Part shown: positions 12,530 through 24,966 of the stretch, piece by piece
Layout of the letters: each line of letters starts with the position of its first letter
Numbering within the stretch: position 1 is the stretch's first letter
DNA from: Amphiscolops sp. MND2022
Lineage: Eukaryota
Reading direction: 5' to 3'
Length of the DNA stretch: 64,000 bases
Assembly (NCBI GenBank): GCA_964187785.1
Contig: OZ076417.1
Span: forward strand, 24,924,001-24,988,000
Notes under the pieces: model-generated
Told to the model about the DNA's origin: nothing
Seen by the model: only the letters and a program-made list of their open reading frames with translations
Database searches by the model: none
Made by a program: the position numbers and the translations under genes

Positions 12530-15500
12530 GAGAAACCATCCAGATGATGTAGCAGTGCATTATCGTTTGCTGATTCGATTAGTATAAAACTAGTAAAAGC
12601 GAGAAGACTCACACCTCAAGTCGGTTGACTATCATAATGTGGGGCATATGCTGTGTATGCACGCTCCCCCTCACTCTCGCAAAGACCAGCTCCCACTAAG
12701 ATCGCTTCGCGATCTCCGTTCCCGCTAGGTTTTTGCTCCTGTTCGAACTCGCTTAGCAGGATGGGAACATGAGCGGCCCCAAGGGGCCGCGGGGCACAGG
12801 GGCAGGGACGTTTCGTCACCTGCCAAATGGGCGACAAAAATTTCAGCCCATTTCGGCGACAATAATGTCGCCCAAATGTCCCGTAGAGTAAATGGCCAAA
12901 TATGTTCACATACCCCTAGTAACCTAAATGCAGGAGGGAAGCGAAGCGGAGCGACGTGCCATATGGCCTCAATGTTGCTACTTGGCGAGGGAAGCGAAGC
13001 GACCGAGCCACACAACATGTCAAGGCTTACCATTCGCCTCGCAAGGCGGGAACGATCAAATGATGAGCCACAACCCCTAAGGTCCAAGTACCTGCCAGAT
13101 GACATCGCACACACAACTTTTGATGCCGCAACTTGGTGTACCTGTTTGTGCGATACAACAGACAACTCTTGATACCGCACATTTTTGTTGACTGACAGGT
13201 ACCTGTCGCGGTGCTATATATACCCGATGTTGCACCACTTCTACCATCAATTGCAATTGTAAATACATAAACCAAGTCTGACCATAACTAATCAATCTCA
13301 ATTCAGTTCTTCATTCCTACCCAACCTGTTTTAAAAGGTTATGGGCCCAGCAGCTTACCAGACGACGCCATCTACCTAGCTGATCACAGCATAAACAGCG
13401 CAGATCACGATGACGTCAACACGACACTCTCGACAAGAGAAGCTGCTGTTTAGTGGACGAGAGGATGACTTCCCCACTTTTCTGGAGCAGTTCGAAGCAA
13501 GAGTCTATGCCCTGGGACTTTCTGACTGCCTTCTGGACAGAATCAAAACAACACCTCAAAAAGATGTGGAGACGAATGACGAACGTGTCATGCTAGAGGG
13601 GGAAGAAGCAGATCGAGCCAAACTACAGTAAATGGTGTGGTGCGAACTGGTTCAGTGCCTTGACAAGGCAAGCATCAACTTCATCAGAGGGCACACGCCG
13701 AATGAGACTGCAGCCTGGACAGCTTTGACGAAGCTCCACAAGTCAACTGAACGGCCTCGTGTTCAATCACTGATGACCCAGCTCACTGGTCTCAAGATGA
13801 CATCAGGGGAGAAGGTGACTGACTACCTCACCAAAGCAGAAGGGCTCAAACTGGATCTGGCTGAAGCGGGGGAAGTAGTCTCAGATGCTCTCTTCACAGC
13901 GATAATTCTGAAGGGTCTTCCAAGTGACTTCGACAATGTGGTGGCAGTCCTCAACTTCGGCACAGCAAAGGGGTACTACGAGATGAAGCAGGACTTGGTC
14001 AACTTCGCAGCAACCAGGGGTCTCTGTGTTTCCAGCGAGACATCGATGACAGCATTTCACTCAGCCGGGAGGAAGCCTCCAAAGTGCTTCAAGTGTGAAA
14101 AGACGGGGCCGCTTATGTTCCCATCTTGCTACGCGAGGTCGAACAGGAGCAAAGACCTTGGAAACGGAAATCGCGAAGCGATCGTAGTGGGAGCTGGTCC
14201 TTGCGACGGTGAGGGCGAGCGTGCATACTCCGCATATGCCCCACATTTTGTCTTTTTTGGTACCAGAAAGACTTTATCGAAACAGGAATAACTTCTAAAA
14301 CTTTAGATTTAGACGCTAGTCTCAAAAATTGATTTATTTTAGACGTTATTCGCGTATTGTATTTAGATGTTATTACTCCCGCTGCCACGTATTTTGATCT
14401 TTCGACATTTTAGACCTATTTGCCAATTTTAGATGTTATTCCCGTTTTCCAGACGTATTTTAATGGTTTTTTTGACATTTTAAACGTATGTCAGTTTTAG
14501 ACGTTATTCCTTTTTTTAGACGTTAATCCGGTTTTTTTAGACGTTATTCCCGTTCATTTTAGATTTAGATGTTATTCCTTTAGACGTTATTCCCGGTGGA
14601 CTTTTAGACGTTATTCCTGTTCCCCAGAGAAACCATCCAGATGATGTAGCAGTGCATTATCGTTTGCTGATTCGATTAGTATAAAACTAGTAAAAGCGAG
14701 AAGACTCACACCTCAAGTCGGTTGACTATCATAATGTGGGGCATATGCTGTGTATGCACGCTCCCCCTCACTCTCGCAAAGACCAGCTCCCACTAAGATC
14801 GCTTCGCGATCTCCGTTCCCGCTAGGTTTTTGCTCCTGTTCGAACTCGCTTAGCAGGATGGGAACATGAGCGGCCCCAAGGGGCCGCGGGGCACAGGGGC
14901 AGGGACGTTTCGTCACCTGCCAAATGGGCGACAAAAATTTCAGCCCATTTCGGCGACAATAATGTCGCCCAAATGTCCCGTAGAGTAAATGGCCAAATAT
15001 GTTCACATACCCCTAGTAACCTAAATGCAGGAGGGAAGCGAAGCGGAGCGACGTGCCATATAGCCTCAATGTTGCTACTTGGCGAGGGAAGCGAAGCGAC
15101 CGAGCCACACAACATGTCAAGGCTTACCATTCGCCTCGCAAGGCGGGAACGATCAAATGATGAGCCACAACCCCTAAGGTCCAAGTACCTGCCAGATGAC
15201 ATCGCACACACAACTTTTGATGCCGCAACTTGATGTACCTGTTTGTGCGATACAACAGACAACTCTTGATACCGCACATTTTTGTTGACTGACAGGTACC
15301 TGTCGCGGTGCTATATATACCCGATGCTGCACCACTTCTACCATCAATTGCAATTGTAAATACATAAACCAAGTCTGACCATAACTAATCAATCTCAATT
15401 CAGTTCTTCATTCCTACCCAACCTATTTTAAAAGGTTATGGGCCCAGCAGCTTACCAGACGACGCCATCTACCTAGCTGATCACAGCCTAAACAGCGCAG

Positions 15501-16206
15501 ATCACGATGACGTCACCACGACACTCTCGACAAGAGAAGCTGCTGTTTAGTGGACGAGAGGATGGCTTCCCCACTTTTCTGGAGCAGTTCGAAGCAAGAG
15601 TCTATGCCCTGAGACTTTCTGACTGCCTTCTGGACAGAATCAAAGCAACACCTCAAAAAGATGTGGAGACGAATGACGAACGTGTCATGCTAGAGGGGGA
15701 AGAAGCAGATCGAGCCAAACTACGGTAAATGGTGTGGTGCGAACTGGTTCAGTGCCTTGACAAGGCAAGCATCAACTTCATCAGAGGGCACACGCCGAAT
15801 GAGACTGCAGCCTGGACAGCTTTGACGAAGCTCCACAAGTCAACTGAACGGCCTCGTGTTCAATCACTGATGACCCAGCTCACTGGTCTCAAGATGACAT
15901 CAGGGGAGAAGGTGACTGACTACCTCACCAAAGCAGAAGGGCTCAAACTGGATCTGGCTGAAGCGGGGGAAGTAGTCTCAGATGCTCTCTTCACAGCGAT
16001 GATTCTGAAGGGTCTTCCAAGTGACTTCGACAATGTGGTGGCAGTCCTCAACTTCGGCACAGCAAAGGGGTACTACGAGATGAAGCAGGACTTGGTCAAC
16101 TTCGCAGCAACCAGGGGTCTCTGTGTTTCCAGCGAGACATCGATGACAGCATTTCACTCAGCCGGGAGGAAGCCTCCAAAGTGCTTCAAGTGTGAAAAGA
16201 CGGGGC
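11816..16206 (+). repeat. Tandem duplication: two ~2.09-kb units plus a third copy of a 205-bp gag segment
   Basis: The segment ATTCTGAAGGGTCTTCC...AAGACGGGGC recurs at 11816, 13905 and 16002 (spacing 2089 and 2097 bp). The units differ by scattered SNPs and small indels. Confidence 0.95.
13018..14109 (+). mobile_element. Duplicated 5' end of the Copia element (LTR 13018-13336, PBS 13337-13350, truncated gag)
   Basis: Near-identical to 15115-16206; PBS GGTTATGGGCCCAG. Confidence 0.9.
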
Positions 16207-19200
16207 ACCGAGCTAAGGACTGCCACAGTCGGGAGACGAGGACTTGCTTCAACTGTGGTCAGAAGGGGCATCTGGCTTCATCTTGCAGGAAGGGACAGCA
16301 AAAGAGCGCAAGTGGAGGATGTGGCTCGGGTCAATCCAGCAACCGTTCATCAGCGGACTTCTTCAGCTTCGGGGCTTTCAGGGCTGGTTGCTACGACCAG
16401 GGGAGCATTGAGCTTCTCATTGAATGCGGGTGCAACGGTTTCATGATCAAGAACAAAGAGCTCTTCTCTGATCTGGACATGGGGTTTTCTGGCAGACGTA
16501 TGCAACGCTAACAGCAATCGTTCAGAGATCAGAGGACGTGGGACAGTGCGATGCTTTGTGAAGGACAATACGGGCCGTTCTGGTCTACTGGAACAGAAGG
16601 ATGCCTTTTGGGTGCCATCCTACGCAAGGAATCTGGTGTCGGTCAAGCGATTGACGGACAAGGGGGCAAAGATCCAGTTGAATGACGACCCAACAATCAA
16701 GATCCCCAATGGAACTGTTGTGCCAATGATGACAAACGACAAACTTTTCAGTGTGATGGCTCAACTTGTGGAGTCGGGTCAATGGCAATGATGTCTCACT
16801 CTATCAAGCACTGGCATCGAGTGATGGGGCACAACAACTGGCACGATGTGGCAAAGTTGCAGCAAGAGGTCGTGGGTATGAACATCTCCGGCTCCGAAAA
16901 GAAGACGAACTGCAACATCTGCTGCACCGAGAAGGCGAAGCGGGCATCCATTCCGAAGACGTGGGGCACTCGAGCAAAAACGAAACTGGTTATCGTTCAC
17001 ACAGACGTGCTCGGACCCATTCAACAGGAGTCCCACGAGGGTTTTCGCTATGCAGTGGGCTTCATCAACAGTTACAGCCGTTTCGGGGCAGTATACCCAA
17101 TGAAGTCAAAGGATGAGGTCACCGCAAAGTTACAACGATTCATCAACGTTGTTGGCCGGCCTGGCACCATGGTCTCAGACGGGGCGCTCGAGTTCAAGTC
17201 AAAGCAGTTCAGTGACTTGTGCACATCCAATGGCATCAAACAGGAATTCTCTTCTCCCTACATGTTTCGGCAACATGAATGCCCTACAGGTATGCCCGAA
17301 GAAAACGGCAAAATTGAGCGAGCATGGGGCACTGTGACTGGCATGATGCGATGCATGATGGCAACTGCAGGGGTCCCAAAGCAGTTCTGGCCTTTTGCTC
17401 TTTCAACTGCCATCTACCTGAAGAATCGATCAATGAAGGATCGCATGGCAAGACCCCTTTTGAGATGTTTCACGGAAGCAAGCCTGACCTTTCACATCTT
17501 CACGTGTTTGGGTGCCAGTCGTTTGTGCTCAACGAAGTCAGGAAGAAGCTGGACAGCAAGGCACTGGAAGCTATTCTACTGGGATACTCGGGAAACTCTA
17601 AGGCATATGTGGTAGCTTCAAGAGACGGGTCAGAGACAAGAACACCAAAGGTCTGGGTATCACGAAACGTCAACCTCAACGACGATGTATTTAGTTACCA
17701 AAGTGGTTCTGCGGTCACCCAAGGGGAGAGTGAGGATGATGATGCTTCTCAATCGGATATTGATGATCTGAAATCGGCGTTAGATGAACATTCCGAGGCC
17801 ACATCTACGAAAACCCATGCAATCCAGGGCGAAGCAGAAGAAAACAACAATCCAGATGAAGGGACACCCAATGTTACAGACAGTACAACAGCAGTGCAGC
17901 AAACGACAACCAGATGTTCGGAAAGGACTCGAAGGGCGCCTCAACACTTCGGCGACTATGTGACAGGGAGAAAAATGGAGAACCTGGCACTTCACTGTGA
18001 TGCTTTGATTTCAACCGGCCTTCCAGGCAATACAGCAGACGCCCTGGCGGATCCCAACTGGAAAGCAGCGATGGACAGAGAGTTCAAATCTTTGGAAGAA
18101 AATGGTGTTTGGGAGCTAGTCAAGCCACCATCAGGACAAGGCATGATCACCGGAAAGTGGCATTTCGCTCACAAACTAGATGACCAAGGAAACGTGGTAA
18201 AGTACAAGGCGCGATTCGTGGCACGGTGGTTCACTCAACCGCCAGGCATTCAATTTCACGACACCTTCTCACCAACGGCAAAGCTGTCTACACTCAGAAC
18301 TGTCCTGGCATGTGGGGTGAAGCTGGGTATGCATTTCAATCAGATGGACATAAAGACAGCATACCTGAACGCACCAATTCAAGAAGACAACTACATGGAG
18401 CAGCCAGAGGGGTACCAAAAGGCCAAGCTTAAGCGGTCACTCTATGGACTGAAGCAATTGGGGCGCAATTGGTTTGAGTGTCTCTCTTCCCATCTGTTTG
18501 AGCTCAACTTCAAGGCATCACTTCACGACCCTTGCTTGCTGACTCTGACGAGGAATGGTCACAAGTGCTGGATTGTGGTCTGGGTGGATGATATTCTTTA
18601 CGGGTCAACTGACAGTCAATTTACCACGTGGTTCAATGACAAGATGAGTGAGCGGTTCAACATTGGCGAAAGCGGTCGTCTGACGAGGTTGTTGGGAATT
18701 TCCTTCGAATGGGATGACGGTTCGCTGACAATGAATTATCAGGGGTATGTGAGCAACCTACTTCGCACACACGGTATGGGCGAGTGCAAGGCAGCTTCAA
18801 CACCACTCGCAGACAAGCTGGAGCTGACGAAGGACCAGATGACAGAAGACGGATTAGATGAGCAACAGCAAATGTTGAGACATGACTACAGAGGCCTGGT
18901 GGGTAGCATTGCTTACCACTCACTGTCCACTCGACCTGACCTGGCATTCCCGGCCCACCTACTCTCCCGATTTCTTAGCATCCCTAGATTTGCTCACTGG
19001 CAAGCAGCGAAACACGTGTTACGCTACCTCAGAGGCACAGCTGACGTGGGCATCACTTTCATGAAGTGCGATGATACAGGCCTAAATGGGTACACGGATT
19101 CAGAATATGCCAGCTGCAAGGAAGGCAGACGAAGCATCACTGGTTTTTGCTTCAATGTGGGTAATGGGGCAAAATCGTGGGCTGCTAGACAACAAACGTG

Positions 19201-19863
19201 TGTAGCGACTTCAACCACTGAAGCAGAACTTCACGCCTTGAGCGAAGCCGTAAAGGAAGCGGTGCATTTGCGGGGGATTCTGGTTACTCTTGGAGAATCC
19301 ATAGCGACGGCTTTGTTCACGGACAGTCAATTTGTGCCTAGCATTAGCAAACAGAGATGACAACAGCGCAAAGACTAAACACTTTGCAACTCGGATGGCC
19401 TATGTGCGGGAGACAGTGAAGAATCAGTCGATTGATCTGAAGTTTATTGCAAGTGGTGACCACTTCGCTGACATTTTCACGAAGAGACTGGGTAAGACGA
19501 AGAAGCAACAACACCTTGCTCGGCTGTCGGCAATGCGGGGGTGTCAAGGTTTACCATCCGCCTCGCAAGGCGGGAACGATCAAATGATGAGCCACGACCC
19601 CTAAGGTCCAAGTACCGGCCAGATGACATCGCACACACAACTTTTGATGTCGCAAATTGATGTACCTGTTTGTGCGATACAACAGACAACTCTTGATACC
19701 GCACATTTTTTGTTGACTGACAGGTACATGTCGCGGTGCTATATAAACCCGATGCTGCACCATTTCTACCATCAATTGCAATTGTAAATACATAAACCAA
19801 GTCTGATCATAACTAATCAATCTCAATTCAGTTCTTCATTCCTACCCAACTTGATTTAAAACA
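15115..19863 (+). mobile_element. Ty1/Copia LTR retrotransposon, full-length but inactivated (LTRs 15115-15433 and 19542-19863)
   Basis: LTRs start TGTCAAGG; PBS GGTTATGGGCCCAG at 15434-15447; gag with two CCHC knuckles (CFKCEKTGHRAKDC, CFNCGQKGHLASSC); order PR-IN-RT-RH; RT (KYKARFVAR, QMDIKTAYLN, LYGLKQ); RNase H (YTDSEY, STTEAE, HFADIFTK); PPT GCGGGGG. Stop in gag at 15726-15728 and several frameshifts. No clean TSD found. Confidence 0.95.
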
Positions 19864-20345
19864 GCTATGTGGAATCAGGTCTAACTAAATAGATCTAAGA
19901 GAGGGGGCAAAACTGAGATCTAAATAAATTGATATAAATAATCAGGTCTAAAAATCTCTTCTAATTTGATCTAATTTGAGAAAAAAATATGTCAATTAGG
20001 ATCTAAAACAAAAAGTGACAAAACGTATTAAAAAGTATAAAACGTTCCTCGGATATGTCCCCTTTCCTCTAGTACCCCGCGGCCCCTTGGGGCCGCTTTT
20101 ATTCCCATCTTGCTAAGCGAGGTCGAACAGGAGCAAAGACCTAGCGGGAACGGAGATAGCCAAGCGATCGTAGTGGGAGCTGGTCTTTGCGACGGTGAGG
20201 GCGAGCGTGCATACATCGCATATGCCCCACATTATATTTTCGCTTTCAGAACACATATTAGAACATAAAGGGGTTAGACCTAAATATTTTAGATAAAATA
20301 AGATCTGAAAGTTAGACCTAACAGTTAGATCTAATTCCATTAGAC
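19864..20345. mobile_element. MITE-like element with inverted arms of (A)GATCTAA/GGTCTAA repeats around a GC-rich core
   Basis: Left GTGGAATCAGGTCTAACTAAATAGATCTAA is the inverted counterpart of right TTAGACCTAACAGTTAGATCTAATTCCA; core 20040-20232 is shared with other MITEs. Confidence 0.55.
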
Positions 20346-20833
20346 CCGCGGCAATGAGATCAAAGGCGTACACTCCTTTTAAAACAACAAATATGCTAAC
20401 CTCTTCAGATATATCAGTTAATTGATCAATTTGATCAACCCATTTGGTCGACACTTTTGTCGCCCATGTGACCGACGCCATATTGTCGCCCAAATGGCTG
20501 GTGACGAAATGTCCCTGACCGCAGGCACTAGAGGAAATGGGGACATATCCGAGAAACGTTTTTTCTAGAAACTTCAATTTGCGGCAATTCAATTTGTTTC
20601 CCAAAAATCAAAGTTTTGATACGAGTTTTTTCGATCCTATTCAAAAGTTTGGTATGTCGACTCGATGACTAACTCTAATTTTCGATCCCGTTCCTTCGAC
20701 TTATTTCCGCCCACCCATCACAGACCGGTTGTTCATCCATTTCCGAAGGAGTGAGTCATGGTAACACCGTCTGGGCGACTCGAGCATTCAAGGAAAAACG
20801 AGCTATCCCAACGTCTGCTTCATGAGTGATTTG

Positions 20834-23520
20834 ATTCGCCTTCCGTAAATAAACATGATTTCTTGGATCAGTTTGAGTTACATCTTGAGTCTCTTAGTCA
20901 AATTAAGAACTACTATCTAATAGGCGATATTAATATTGACCTCTTGGAATGCAACCCTGTTGCAGATAGGTATCTGAAATTGTTGGAAATTCATGGTTGC
21001 GCCCAAGGAATCGAAGAACCAACCCGTGTAACGCTTGACTCAGAATCGTTAATCGATCATATAATCCATAATGACTACCAAAGACCTCTGGAATTTGGAG
21101 TTATCAAGACGTATAATACAGACCATTTTGCAACCTACGTTGATTTGAATATAAGTAAATCTAAATCCATTCGTTCTCAACATTTTATTAAGGATAGACC
21201 GTTTCTCCGGGACGGTAATGCAACAAATCTCTATCTAAATTACTTAAAACATTGCCTGGAACTTGTAGACTTAGGACAGGACATCAATGCATCTACTGAA
21301 TCGTTTGCCAATGCAATATCGGAAGCAGTTAATGCTTTCACAGTTGAAAAACAATCTGAACACCAAGATGCCGTAAGACCTTGGTTCACAAAGGAAGTAA
21401 AAAAGGCCTTAATTCGAAGAAATTGTAGTTTCCACAAATACAAGCGCTGTAAAACCTATCAGAACAAGCTACGCTACACAAGAGCTAGAAATAATGTGCA
21501 CCAGCAGCTTCGTAAAAACAAGCGCGAATACTACGATTCACGTCTGAATGGGCTTATCAATAATCCTAAATGTTTCTACAAAGAACTAAACAAAATCACT
21601 GGTAAAGCAACAAAAAATTCCAACTTTGATATCAAGAATGATAAAAATGAATTGATTACGGATGATATTGATGTGGCCGAATCGTTCAATGAAAAATTTG
21701 TTTCCATCAGTAAAACCTTAGCTGCTTCAATTGATAATGTCCCATTCACGACTCTTGGTATAAAAACTAATGAAAAATCACTATTTTTTTAATCCAGCTG
21801 ATGGCACTGAGATTTCGAGGATTATAAAAAATCTTAAGAACCATAAATCACTTGGTCTAGATGGACTGACTGCAGAAATACTAAAAGTGAGTCACGATGT
21901 AATAGTTGAAAAATTAACTCATCTCGTGAATGAATCGCTAAAAAGTGGAACATTTCCTCAGGTTATGAAAGCTGCGAGAGTGGTACCGATATACAAATCC
22001 GGCAAAAAATCTATACGTGAAAATTACAGACCCATATCTGTTTTATCAGTATTGAGCAAAATATTTGAACGTGTTGTGCATGAACGATTATATAATTTCA
22101 TGGATAAAAATAAGCTATTATACCCAAGACAATTTGGATTCAGGTCAAAACTGAGCCCCATCCACGCTCTTTCCGATATTACAGAAATGATTAGGGATAA
22201 TTCTAACCTCGATATTTCTTGTATTTTGCTTAATTTACAAAAAGCCTTCGATACAATAAACCATGAATTTCTCTTGTATAAACTCGAAGCATACGGTGTC
22301 AGAGGGGTTTGCTTGGATTGGTTCACATCATATCTAAGCAAACGAAGTCAATGTGTTTCAATTAACGGTAAAGTCTCAAAACCATTACTTATTGACTGCG
22401 GCGTTCCTCAAGGATCTATTCTTGGCCCACTGCTCTTTGTAATTTATGTAAATGATTTCCCGAACTCGTGTAAAAACAATATTCCGTTTCTCTTTGCGGA
22501 TGATGCTAATTGCGTTTACACGAGACCCAAAAATGAGACATCTACATTACAAGATGAAGTTGAACACATTCCTGGATGGATGGCTATGAATAAACTTAGT
22601 CAAAATATTCCTAAAACTGAATTGGTCCATTTTTTAAACTGCAAAGATGAAAGCATAGTATTGAAAAATACTGAAATAACATGTACTGAATACGTTAAAT
22701 ATCTGGGTATCTTACTTGATAAAAATTTAACTTATGGTTTCCACGTCAAACGAGTACTGAATAAATTAGCCAAACATGTATCCATTATTAACCGTCTAAG
22801 GCATTTCACCAGTAGTTCGGTAGTGATACGATATTATAAAACATCCATGAAACCAATAATCCAATACGGACTCTTGATATATGGGTGCACGAGGAAGAGT
22901 GTACTGATTGATATTTTTCTTGTTCAGAAAAAAATCCTCCGTATTACATATTTTAAAAACAGACGGTATCCATCGGATGAATTGTTCAAAAGAAGCGAAA
23001 TTATGAATGTTTTTGATCTATACGTATTTGAACTATTAAAATGCGCCGTGCGTTCTAGTAGAGAAAGTCAACTGCATAATATCAAGAGCGTATTTATCCA
23101 CAAAAATTCAGTTGTTTTTACTCGGAGTGTTTCTTCCATAATGTTTTATGTACCTGAAGCACGAACGCAAGTTAGCCGACAATCACTAAAATATCGTGGA
23201 ACTGTCTTACTGAATCATCTACTAAAAACGAAGCTATTACCTCGCAATTATGAATCTATCGGTGAAAATGAGACTAAAAGATTGAAATTAAAAATTAAAA
23301 ACAAAATAAGTAGCGAACGTCTGGCAGACATAGTTTTTTGTTGATGCCCTTGTGTTTGGAGGGTCCTCCCCCGTTTAGGAATAATAACTTTTGGAGGGTC
23401 CCCTCTGGTGCTATATTTTTAATTGAACTGACTGCATTGTACTTAACTTCTGTACTGGTACTATTGTTCAATTTTTTAAACATAGCATCAGAGAAAATTT
23501 AATTCTTTCTTTCTTCTTTC
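20834..23520 (+). mobile_element. CR1/L2-group LINE, 5'-truncated copy (starts inside the APE domain)
   Basis: ORFs 20863-21792 and 21770-23344 (frameshift): YYLIGDINIDLL, EPTRVT, YRPISVL, QFGFR, GVPQGSILGPLLF, FADD; 3' tail TTCTTTCTTTCTTCTTTC; near-identical to the copy at 24173. Confidence 0.92.
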
Positions 23521-24213
23521 TGATCGTGTAAACCGTTCAACTTTTATCACAGTGGTACGTAAGCGCAACACATGTTGGCTCCGAGACGTAAACCAATCGG
23601 AATCGAAGCTGATGATCGTCAATTTTCAGGCCTAGGTTCTTGCAAGGAATAACGTTCAGCTACTATTGATACCCGAATTTGCCTTGATGAGCGTTAGAAA
23701 CTTTCGAACGTTTCTCATCCATTCTAGAAATCAAATCTTCGGCGGTTTTGACGTAGACATGTTGGGTGCAATTTTTCTGGGTCCCATCGAATGGACTTTC
23801 CTGTTCATTTGTCAAACTCAGTCATTTCTCCAGCGCTTTTGTGAACGAAACATCTTCGAAGGTTTCCGAGAAAATTGTCGTGTGAAAGTCTTTCGCACCA
23901 AAAGCTAAATGGCGGGAAGTGCTAATAATGATGCGAATGAAACCCCAAGACCAGCCATTTCAGCGGGTAGAGCCAGCTGAGCACTCGAATTATCGTCGAA
24001 GTTAACGTTACACACTGGAAAGCCCGTGGCGCACGGTTTTGTCATACGTTTCCAAAAGAGCATGTTAAAACATGCACTGGTTCTCAAGAAGTACAACTTT
24101 GGCAGACTGATGCAATTTTTCAACATAACCATAATGAGCATCCAGTTTTTCAACAATTCCGTTGAGTTTTTCGTTGAGCCTAATTGTTGTGATAAACTTA
24201 TTAAATAGACGCG

Positions 24214-24966
24214 ATGCCGACTACTAGAACTGGCTCTCAATCAGACGAAGAGGGGTCCACCCACCTAATCGAATGTACTGGCAAGGGTCCCGACAAGGGA
24301 AAGGGATGCCAATCCTGGGTCCCCACATGGCTCCCAAAAAAGATCCACAAGGGTTTCATGGACCGCCCCTTCCTATGTGGCTTCTGTGCAGCAGCTGAGG
24401 TGGCCGACTTGCAGTCCAAACTTGCCAAAATTACAGAAAAGCCTCAAATCAGCGGAGAGCTGTCCAGTCTTTTCAATGCCGATTCAAACCAGCAATATGG
24501 AAGGCGGGACAATGTCCGCATATTTGGGGTGGAGGAGGCACCAAATGAGGACGTGTATCAGGCTGTGATCGATGTGGCAGAAAAGGCGGGATGTCAGGTA
24601 TCCAGAGCGGACATCAGCATCTGCCATAGGGTTCCCAGCAGAAATGTGAAGCCTGGCCAAGGGCGCCCTATCATTGCAAAATTTGTAAGGAGACAGACCA
24701 AAATCGGGCTGATGACCAACAAAAAGAAGCTCAAGGTTAGTGAAAATAAAATTTATATCAACGATGATCTCACGCTACTACGAGCAAGGTTGGCTAAGGC
24801 ATTGAGGCAAAGACAAGATGTAACTTCTGTTAACATGATTAACGAAAAAATTGTGGTGTATCAACAAAATGATGCAAAAACTGTCTTTGATAGCCTCTTC
24901 AAATTATATGAATGGGATCCTGATTTTGTCTATTCTGTATGCAAAAGTAGTCTACATTTTTGTTAG
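24214..24966 (+). CDS. LINE ORF1p (250 aa): degenerate PHD-like finger, coiled coil, RRM/L1-ORF1-like domain
   Basis: IEC...GCQSW...FLCGFC; QQYGRRDNVRIFGV; DISICHRV; RPIIAKFVRR; IYINDDLT. Confidence 0.8.
   Translation: MPTTRTGSQSDEEGSTHLIECTGKGPDKGKGCQSWVPTWLPKKIHKGFMDRPFLCGFCAAAEVADLQSKLAKITEKPQISGELSSLFNADSNQQYGRRDNVRIFGVEEAPNEDVYQAVIDVAEKAGCQVSRADISICHRVPSRNVKPGQGRPIIAKFVRRQTKIGLMTNKKKLKVSENKIYINDDLTLLRARLAKALRQRQDVTSVNMINEKIVVYQQNDAKTVFDSLFKLYEWDPDFVYSVCKSSLHFC

Larger units (their letters stand above)
14895..20520. mobile_element. Mutator-like non-autonomous TIR element that hosts the Copia insertion
   Basis: TIRs GGGGCAGGGACGTTTCGTCACC / GGTGACGAAATGTCCCTGACC; subterminal TGTCGCCCA repeats; flanks GCGGGGCAC (14886-14894) and GCAGGCAC (20521-20528) resemble a ~9-bp TSD. 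Confidence 0.55.

Noticed and set aside
15726-15731. Programmed read-through of the TAA found in both Copia gag copies
   Set aside because: The copies descend from one recent duplication, so the shared stop is not independent evidence, and the element has other lesions.
11816-16206. Tandem duplication as a pure assembly artefact
   Set aside because: The units differ at many scattered positions including small indels, which favours a real duplication; read-level confirmation is still needed.
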